Shown: positions 51,501 through 61,300 of the stretch, piece after piece
Position numbering within the stretch: the first letter of the stretch is position 1
How the letters are laid out: every line of letters begins with the position of its first letter
Origin: Oikopleura dioica
Taxonomy: Eukaryota > Animalia > Chordata
Assembly (NCBI GenBank): GCA_907165135.1
Contig: OU015569.1
Span: 4,402,001-4,466,000 of the forward strand
Direction of reading: 5' to 3'
DNA length: 64,000 nucleotides
Notes under the pieces: model-generated
Told to the model about the DNA's origin: nothing
The model's database searches: none
Seen by the model: only the letters and a program-made list of their open reading frames with translations
Made by a program: the position numbers and the translations under genes

Positions 51501-54500
51501 TGGGCTTTTGATCAGAGCACAACTCAAGTAAGCGCTTTCTGGTCCTCAAAGGTTTCTAACGACGGTCAATGCGAGGATGTAGACGAATGCGAAAATAACC
51601 CATGCTCTCAAAACTGCCTGAATCTTTACGGAAACTATCGGTGTTACTGCCAACGTGATCGAGAGCAGAGCTGCTCCAAGAACAATCTCGCTATTTTGTT
51701 CGTCATGCAAGGCACTTCTGACGGATTTGGATGGTTTAAGGACTTTGCAAAACAAATGATCGAGCCACTTATTTTCCCTGAGGCTCGGATCGGTGTTATT
51801 TCATATGGAGAAGAATCTATAGTAAATGTACCTCTCGAAAGCGGACAAACTACAAATTCGGTACTAAGTAAGCTTCGTGGCGCGCCTGCAATCAGGGATG
51901 GGTCAAATAAAATAAGTATCGTGAATCGATTAAGTATGATTTTTATTTTATCATATTTTCTGACCAAATATAGTGGCGCTGAAAATAATCTTGGCTCAGC
52001 AGTTGACTTTGCTGCATCTTACTTGAACGGACGAAATTTGCCCGGCTCATACACAAAAAGAATAATCATTCTTCTTGATGGAAAATCCACAGATGAAATA
52101 ATTTCTGATCGACTTAAATCCGAAGCAGACTCGATTTTTGTTATTGGAACATCAAATAGCTCAAACAAGGAGCTCCAATCGTTGACTGAAAACGTCGTCC
52201 TGATGAATGACTACATAGAACTCAGGAATGCGCTTACAAAATTCGACTTTGCTATTTTCAATGATTATTCAACGTAACATTGACAATGCTTAGGGCCGAC
52301 GCGCAAAAAATCAACCCCAAGAAAGCATCAACGGAGAGAGCTGAAACTTCGGGATATAATGTAGTTCGACCCAACTAAAAAATTGCTATTGAAAATTTTT
52401 CGGTCTGGTCACGTGGTCACGTGATACAGGCCTCCGAAAAGCTAAAAGCTTGACGACCTTGAACGCCTGATCAAGGTCGATCAGCTCATACCTCAGAAGA
52501 AAGAACTCAAAAGTTATTCTTATAGAGTAAATAAAATTTTTGGTGGCGCAATCACGTGAGGCGGTAGAAGGGAAAAAAGCTCCAAAAAACGGGTAAAAAT
52601 ATGGAAAAATCAAGCTTTCATGGGTTCATTTAGTCAAAATTGGTGTCAAAAACAGCTGTTTTGGACGTTTCAACGAGCTCTTCTGCGTCACGTGATTGCA
52701 CCACCAAAAATATTATTAGCTCTATCAGAATAACTTTTTGAGCTCTTTCTTCTGAAGTATGAGCTGATCGACCTTGATCAGGCGTTCAAGGTCGTCAAGC
52801 TTTTTTAGGTTTTGGGTCGAACTACATTATGTCCCGAAGTTTCAGCTCTCTACGTTGATGCTTTCTTGGGGTTGATTTTTTGCGCGTCGGCCCTAACAAT
52901 GCTGAATAATATAACTTTTATGTAAAAAACATCTGTGAACGCAAATAAGCTCGATCATATCAGATGAGTTACTAGAGGGCGTTTGCGATGGGTCGAGTTC
53001 ATACAAGTCCTACGGCAGCATTTGCGAAAAGGATGAGTGCGCTGAGAATAATGGTGGATGTCAACATCACTGCCACAATACTCACGGGTCGTATCACTGC
53101 TCCTGCACGAACGGGCGCGTTCTTGCCTCAGATGGCAGAAATTGTGTTGAAGACTACTGTCGAAATAATAACTGCAGCCATCAGTGCGAAAACAAGGTTG
53201 AGGGCGCGCAGTGCATTTGTCCGGAGTCGATGAAGATTGGGAATGATGGTCGAACATGTGTCGATATTGATGAATGTGAAGTTAACAACGGCGGATGTGA
53301 GTCTGTCTGCGTGAATACTGACCCATGGTATCAGTGTGCTTGCCCAGGAAACAGTTGAATTTTAACACAAATATTTCTTAATCTTTTTAGAGTAGATTAT
53401 GTTCTCACTAAATAGTAATTTTAAAAAAAACTTCTAAAAAGGTGCTCTCCTTGCTCAAGACCAACGTTCATGCGTTCCTGATCCATGCGAAGGTGTGACC
53501 TGCAACGTTCCGGACCAAATTTGCTACGGAAACCATGATGGCACATACCAATGTCGCTGCGCTGATGGATACCGACATAATGCGTTCCTCGGAATCTGTG
53601 AAGACATAGACGAATGCCTTTACGGAAACTATTGCCAATACGGTTGTGAGAACCTGGAAGGTGGCTACCGATGTACGTGTCCTGAAGGCAAAGTCCTTCG
53701 CGATGATGGACGAACCTGTGGAATCGTTTGTTACAGTTCAGGGTTCGAATATAGTTGTTAAGAGCACTATCATAGAGCAATTAACGAAAAAACTTTGAAT
53801 AAAACTGCTCAGTGTCAAATTAAGAACTCAACTAAAGTTGCATAAACGCAGCGACAAACGAAGAGTGCAACCGTCACAGTGAAGTGTGCACGCCTGAGGC
53901 AGATTCTTGTCAAAATGAAATTCGCATTCATTCTGGCGTTAAACGAATCACGAAGCGTTGCAAGCAAGGGCTTGCCTGTCAGAACAATTACCGCCAAAAT
54001 CCGCCAAGCTATCTTCTGGACTACTACACTCAGCCGCAGAATCAACATCAATGCAATGGCGGAACTGCTAATAACGTATGCCGATGCTGTTGCCAAGGAA
54101 ATCACTGTAATTGGGCAGAAAAACCATGTACAGGAAGATACGACTGTGGCGCGGTAAGTGAACTCTTGATTATCCAAATATTGCTTCCTAAAACATTCGC
54201 AGCCAAAGTACTCATTAAATATTTCTGAATACATTACAGTAATTAAGGTTTTTCGTCACTCTTCTTATTACAACAAAATAGCATATCGTCATCAGTAAAA
54301 ATTGTTCAATACAGCTCATAAATTTCTTCTTCTGGGGCGGTAGGGTCTTCTGGATCTTCTGTATCCTCGTCCTTCAGTTCTTGAAGATAGTCAAACTTTG
54401 GGTAGTAAATGTACTTCTGTCCATAAAACTCCATTTCGACGTAATCAAAGTCCAGAAATGCTTCAAATGGCGTATCGGTTTCGTATTCGTACAGATCGAA

Positions 54501-57500
54501 TTGAGCTATCAAAACTAATAATACTAAAAAATCATAAAGGACTTACTGTTATCTTGAGCACATTCATCACAAGAGCTGATAGCAAAAAATGCAAAGAGTT
54601 GCAGAGCAAAAAGCTTCATTTTTTAATGACTTGACAGTGATATTTTTATTTATCGCTGGAAAGGATCTAGAATCTAGAAAAGTTTCATTTCAAATACGGC
54701 GTTTGATTTCAATTAAAATTCTGCTGCGAAAAAAAGATGCTAGACACGTCAAAGAACTTGTCATCAGTACTTTAATCAGTACCTGCCGATCGACCAATCC
54801 TTTTGGATAGAGATGCCTAATCGTTTTGGATAGAGACACTTAAATTAATGTCGAAAATGTGACGTTCATCAAAAATTTAGGCGGACTTCGACGAACTGGT
54901 TTTCCTCGTTGATGGATCTAAAAACATAAAACTTCATGCTTTTAACGAAATTGCTGCTAGTATCGCATCCATTAGCGAGCATTTTGAAGATTCGTCCGTG
55001 GAGATTTCGACAGTGCTATTCAGCGCAAATGGAACAAATTTGGTTGAAAAACTAACTGAAGATGTTTTTAACGGAGATCTGAACGGATCGACTCAGATGT
55101 CTGTTGACTTTATCAATAGCGATCTTACCAGGTTTGCAAAAATCTCCTTCTCTATTATCACAAATAAATTCAGTAATGCGAAAATAGTCTTGATAACGAA
55201 TTCTCCCGGAGAAGTTATCATTCCAGACGGCTTTTCCGCTCGTGAAATTTATGTAGTCGGCGTCGGCAACGTTGAGCATGACACGCTTAGCTTGATTGCC
55301 AGTGGCAACGTTGATAACGTTTACCGACTGGGCACAGCTTCCGAACTCGACCAGATCGTCAATGATTTGGAATCAAAAGTGTGTCGCGCTCCCGATTTCT
55401 GCGAGCTCGCGGAGTGCTCACATACGTGTTACAGTGATGCAGAGCGAGCCTACTGCACATGCCCGGATGAACTAATTCTGGACACAGATTTCAAGACTTG
55501 CGTCTCGTCAACAATGTCGATCGGAGCTAACTTGTGTTCGATCAACAACGGCGGATGTCAGCACAGGTTGGAGTCGGCATACAAGACGATTTTTAGAAAA
55601 ATTAAGGTGCATTTTTGACGGACCCGGTCACCATTGTGAATGCGAGCCCGGCTATCGACTGGATGATAATTATAGAGGTTGTCATGATGTCAACGAGTGC
55701 ATGATCAATAATGGGGACTGCTCTGATCGGTGTATTAACACTCCAGGAGCACATCAATGTATTTGCTCTAATTGGGCAGAAGAAAAACTGTCAGGCACTG
55801 GTTACTCGAAAGTTTTACGAATATATTTTTAGTAAAAATTTGCACAAAACTTTTTTGATAGACCATCGATTCAATTAATTATTTAGTATTAAATGCTTAC
55901 GAAGAGAGCATTTTTGCGATAAAAGTCAATAATTAAGAGAGTAACCTTAAACTTTGATGACGGACGAACCTGTGTCCCCATTTGCGACCGAGGGTTTTCG
56001 TATTATGGGCATGCTTGTTGGAGAATTCAGGGAACATTCGACTTTTTCGACGCGAGGGAGTCATGCAGCTCTGTGGGTGCGCATTTGGCCATTCTCAAGG
56101 ATCAAAATCACCTTCGAGCTGTCGTCGATCATATCAAGGTATCGTTACTGGAAAGACATCAAATAACCCAATTTCATTCAGTCTTGGGAGGAAGAAAATG
56201 AAAGTCTTGTCGGTGCCAAATACTGGGTCGGTCTATTCCGAAGTTCTGATCGCATTCCATTTATTCCGCCAGGTAAGTCAAGCGCAGTATTGGACTCATG
56301 AAAGAATAATCGATTATCTATCATCTTCTATGATTTTCCATGAATACTATCATTAGTCCAATTAGCCAAGGACTCTAATCTAATGCCTCGCGTTTAGGTA
56401 ACTGGACTTGGATTACTGGGTTGAACGACGAAAGCTTCCAAAATTTGCAGTTAGATTTGGACGACGCTCTGAACAATACAGATGGAGATTGGGCAAACGC
56501 AGTTTTCCAGAATTTTATCTGGGGTAGCGAAGATCCCATCAAAGTTCAGCGTGAGTATCTGTTGTTAAATTCCCAAATTTGTCAATAATTAGCACAAAAG
56601 AAGGCAAATGAGGACAGACGTCCAGAATTAGATTTGAGACTTCTTTAATCTTGGATGGCGTTTACCGTTCTCCGCTGATCAATTATGCGCTCTTTGTTAA
56701 ATTCGACAATATTTTTATTCGACTATCTATAATTACTTCATTTAACTTTCAGTCGACTGTATGGAGCATATTAAACACACAAAAGCGTACCGACCAACTT
56801 ACACCGCAGAGGACAATGTCTTGGCAGCTAGTATTGATCAAGTTTACGACAAGTTTGGCGGCAGGCGAAACTACATTGATGATCGTTATCCGTCACGCTC
56901 AAGGTATCACAACTGGCTATATTTCGCCGTTAATGCGTAAACTAAACTAACCTAGATGTTTGTTCTCTGACGACTTTTCAACGAAAATTTAGACGTGATT
57001 TAACATATGGTAATCCATGTGGAGCTCCACGAACTGCTTGCGGCTCGGCCTATTCCTACAATGGAAAGGCAACTCTCTCAGGTTTGTTGATCATAAGCAT
57101 TGATCTAAATTAACCCTAATTAAAACATAGTTTCCTTTATATACACCCTTCATTTTTAATGAACATAAGAGCTTGCAATTTATGCACCTCCTTTTGATCT
57201 GATGAAACTGAACACTCAGCTCTTACTTTTAATATTTAAACTGTTCTACTTTGGTGCGTCACGAAACTTATGTATCTTATCAGAATCAGATTAAAACTGT
57301 CCAGTTGTGACTCCTTCTATCAATGAACTTTAGCCGAGCCTTGCTGGAAGCCACTGAACTACATCTGCCAAAAGACTCTTTCTGAGTCCTTCCTTCAGTA
57401 CCAAAATGTCTGGGACAGCGGCGCAATCGTCAATCTTTACATGAGCAGCGACAGCAATCAAGTCACGCTCACCTTCCCTGTCCCAGTTAAACTTGTAAGT

Positions 57501-57958
57501 TGAAACAATGAATTTATCATCACCATTTACACTAAAAAAGGTGTCATAAATTCATGAATCAAAAGAAAGGGTGCTATAAAACGGAATAAGTTTGTTAACC
57601 GCTACTTGAATATTGAGTTGATTGGGCAGACGTATCCTCTTCTAAATAACTTTTGGATTAATTAAGAATGTATGGCATGGTTTTTCATCTGAATCTAATT
57701 TCGCCACGACACATGTATTAACACAGCGAGTTAATGGCAATCACTACGAGAAGCATTCCGGTAAAGGCATATTGTCGTTTGCGATGGAGCTGGTCACTGA
57801 CAGGAAATGGGGCAAAAGAAATATGATATTGACAATGTCCTTAGAATTAGGGAAAAGAAGAAAAAATATTCCGTCTTTTTTATAATTTATAAATGTTATC
57901 AGTCTTCATTTGCCCCGTTCCAAGTATCCTGAACTTGGCTGACATCCTTATCAATTAA
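45567..57958 (+). CDS. Giant secreted mosaic ECM protein: TSP1x2, 4 VWA, many (cb)EGF, 3 Ly6/uPAR-like, 2 CCP, C-type lectin, C-terminal CBM2-like module
   Basis: Signal MKLGYLVASLNLVDA; TSP1 (GEWGEWSQCDAPCG; WSNWSEKNKCSETCGGG); VWA at about 46010, 49110, 51690 and 54890; DIDEC/DVNEC EGF repeats; LU-type CYxC...CCxxxxCN domains; CTLD (CWRIQG..DARESC..YWVGL..CWKPLNYIC); terminal QNVWDSGAIVNL..VTLTFPVPVKL|NVWHG. Most junctions checked splice in frame; the last exon is uncertain. Confidence 0.88.
46994..47684. mobile_element. Non-autonomous DNA transposon with TTAA target site (Kolobok-like)
   Basis: Perfect 19-bp TIR GGGGGTAGAAACAGCTTTT; TTAA on both sides (46990-46993, 47685-47688). Purine-purine 5' termini fit Kolobok rather than piggyBac (CCY). 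Confidence 0.8.
48327..48404. repeat. Intronic minisatellite, about 3 copies of a 28-29 bp unit
   Basis: AAAGTTTTTGGAATTCCCTTT repeats begin at 48327, 48356 and 48384. Confidence 0.85.
50119..50660 (-). CDS. Putative nested antisense gene, small single-pass membrane protein
   Basis: MSNNVYVLLGSFLTSLTIVIFCGCLFLSY (TM) followed by a charged tail and a second ORF ending NG* at 50119. It lies wholly in host intron 50107-50870, whose flanks rebuild the EGF CSPQDM|DGECRC. Internal splice sites not resolved. Confidence 0.5.
52291..52895. mobile_element. Non-autonomous hAT DNA transposon (foldback-like MITE)
   Basis: TAGGG termini; 84-bp TIR with 2 mismatches plus a second inner inverted block of about 125 bp; exact 8-bp TSD ACAATGCT at 52283-52290 and 52896-52903. 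Confidence 0.92.
54306..54619 (-). CDS. Nested antisense secreted acidic, Tyr/Phe-rich peptide (about 90 aa, 2 exons)
   Basis: MKLFALQLFAFFAISSCDECAQDN|TQFDLYEYETDTPFEAFLDFDYVEMEFYGQKYIYYPKFDYLQELKDEDTEDPEDPTAPEEEIYELY*; 41-nt GT-AG intron 54506-54546 in correct phase; inside host intron 54155-54880. Confidence 0.75.
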
Positions 57959-58310
57959 TCGTCTCCGAAAGCAACGAACGACCCTTGAAAGCTCGAAAAC
58001 AGAAACACTCTTCCCTCTTTATTGAATAACTTTATTTTGTAATTAATACGACAATTCGCAATAAACGTCAAAAATTGATTTTTGATAGAATACAAATCGG
58101 AGTCGATAAAAAAACAAGCGTAGCATATTTATTAGGGCTGAGCGAAAAAGGAAGAAACAGGGCGCGCGCACCATCTAGTGATATAGAGCACAAAATTAGA
58201 ATAGATAACAGACGGAATAACAGTAAGCTGCATCCGAAAACTATTTCAACACTAATTATATGAACTACCCAATCACTATGAACTATTAGAGAAAAACATT
58301 AAAAAGAGAA

Positions 58311-61300
58311 ATGTCCTGCGGAAGAGATAATTGTACAGGTAGAGCTGCGAAGAAACTAAAATAGGTTTATTTTTTTTTTATTATAAAATTAGCAAAAAAG
58401 TTCTATAAGAAAATAATATAATTATATTCGATATGAATTTGATTGTATAATTTATTTCGACTAGTTTCGGACTGTACTCGCTATATTATATATCGTAAGA
58501 TTATCGGATTTCTAGCAAATTTAAGCCAACAAAATCGAAATTCGAGTTCCAACATTAATATTGTACTTGCTGAAGTTCGGCAGCTGAGCCAAACGGTCGC
58601 TGATCACCTTCCTCCTTAATGATTGATATTATTCATACATCTTGACTATTATTCATAGCCTGTAAATCGGAAATGAACGTGCAAAAAATTTTGCGCAGCT
58701 CTAAGCATCGAACAAATTCGGAATCTTTCTGGTTGTTCTGTATATTGTTTACTTGTCTATTGGGGCAGCAGTTTTCCAGGTAAGAGAATGTTCGATCAAC
58801 CAAAAAAAAAAACGAAATTTCCCGAAATTTGAAAAACTGGACAATCGTCTAGTTTATTTTTTGTTGTTTATCAAATGTTTATGATTTTTACAAAAGGCAC
58901 TGGAGACGCCGAAAGAGCTGCAAAAATGCGACGCTGCGAGAAAAAGTGTGCTTGACAAAGTCGACATGTTAGGAAATGAGTTTGGAGCTCAATTACGTCT
59001 TATGGCAGCAGAAAGAGGAGCTATCGAAGTGAATTTTGTGCGTTTTGCACTGCCTCTAGAAATGTCTTGACGAATTCGGGCGTGTATCCTCCGGCAACGA
59101 AATCAAAGAAGAATCTTCTATACACTTTCTTTAATAGATCAAGTGGAATTTCGACGAATCCCTTGGCTTCGTGGTCGAACCATTCAGAACCGTCTGGGTC
59201 AGGTCCGCCGTAGCGAGGAGACAGCTCTAGAATCCCGGTTAGGTTCTGTTTCTCCAGGACCCAGGGCCATTCTTCCTCAGAACGATATCCCTGGATTATG
59301 TACGCAAAATCGATCGCACACTAAAAATTTTTGTACATTTTCATTTGTGTAAGATTAACTTACAAAGTGACAGTTTCCATCTTGAGATCTCCAATGTGCA
59401 TTCATTTTCGCGTCGTCTAATTGGCTTACGACTAGTCGGAGAAATTTTTCCAATGAAACTTTAAATTTCGATGGAGCTGCAGGCCCCTTTTCTTTTTCAG
59501 CTTTCTTGGCATAGCTGTCGTAAATCTTGTAAGAAGTATTCCTTGCCGGATCTTCTGGATAGATTTGCATCTTGTCCCTCCATCCTAAATTGACATGCTA
59601 AAAAAGATTACGAATAGTATGGTAAGACTAACCTGATCTTGCTCGAGTAAAGGGGTCTCTCGTGTTTACATATTTGTTGTATTTGGCTTCCAACAGTGCT
59701 GCATGGTCGACTGTATGGAATCTTGGAACCGTTGCGTACAAAGCAGCGGGAAAGTAGTTGTTCTTCTCCGACTCATCCACGACTATTCCTTTAGCGGCCA
59801 TTTCTTCTTTTGTTATAAACAGCTTCGCAAGAGCGATTTGCCAGTTTGAAGTCCCAGATTTTGGCGGAAGACACATCAGGAAATTTTTTTGAACTTTTGG
59901 CGAGTCTTCGTGACGCAAAGCAAACACGTTGTTGTTCCATTTTATTCCAGTGATAGAATCAAACCGCTTCCAAGAGTAAGGATCTTTGAGTTCGTCGCCA
60001 GGCTGAATCGACATATTTTCTATTCGCCTGTGAAACTCTAGTAGGTCTTCAAATGAAATGCTTGAATTTCGCGACATCGCATAAAGACGCTCTCGATATG
60101 AACATGCAAGTCGTTTGACATTGTAACGACGGAGCAATCTCTCTTCGACCTTTTTTGAAGCATCCATTCGACTGACATTCGTTTCTGAGCTCGAGGGATC
60201 GGAAACATCTTGAACTGCTTCAATGATCCATTGAGTTGATTCTTGCGAAGGGCAAGACAAGTTTATGTTCAGACTCAAAATCTTAAAAAACCCTTCAATG
60301 AGTAAATAATTAATCAACTCACGGTGAGAACTCCAATGAATAAAAGTGCGTTTCTTATCTTCGCCGTCTCTGAGTTAGAATTTCGTGTGACTTCGTTCCT
60401 AACCATTCTGGTTTACTTTTGCTTTGAATGAGAGGAAATGAAGACTCTTCTTTGGTCTTTATAAAAGCGTGTAAAAGGTGTATTTGGGCGTTCTTTTAAA
60501 AACGACTGAATCGAAAAAGCCGTCGGATTATTCAGAATGGGCTTTGGCGAGTCGCAGCACCATGATCAATAAATGATTTCTTCTTCCCGACAATTTTTTT
60601 TTTCTCTACAATGGGTTCTACAATCAAAGGACGTGAATAGAGCATAAAAGTTTTTTTTCTTGAGGTATTATGTTGGTTCTACAGTGAAGAACCTACACAA
60701 AACATTTTTGTAATTTGTGAACTTTGGTTGAATCGTTTCTCAAGTTAAAAAAACTCTCGTAAATTTTTAAAATTAAACCGGGGTGCTGAACTTTGCACGA
60801 GTTTCCAGGACAATCTTTTTGCGGGTGCGCGTCAGTTAAGGCGTTTTTGCCATTTGCGTCTTTTAAGGCATTGCGTCTTTTAAGGCACTTGCGTCAGTTA
60901 AGGCGCTGAAAAATGACTAGTGGAATTCTGATATCAACTAGGGTCTGCTAGATTTCTTGATAAAATATTACTTTACCAATTCCTAGGGTAAGTGCCAGAG
61001 TTAATATTTTCTCAAGAAAATCTTTTTATATTCAGTTATTAGCTGAACCGCTGGTTTATGATTGAATTTGAAGTTTTTCGTGATAGAATAAATTTATTAT
61101 TTGTAAAAATAAAGGTTCGACACTAAAATTTTAGATAATTTTCTCAGATCGTTTTCAATGTATTTGAAATATCTGAAATTTAAATATTTTGAATACGCTG
61201 TTAAATTTGAGATTGAAATGGGGAGAATTTCAAGGATAGTTACAATCGAGGTAATTTAGCAGACCCTAGTTGATATCAGAATTCCAATAGTCATTTTTCA

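Noticed and set aside
59050-59300. Apparent extra plus-strand K2P exons (e.g. IKWNFDESLGF)
   Set aside because: The same bases encode the conserved C-terminus of the minus-strand sulfotransferase, which explains them better.
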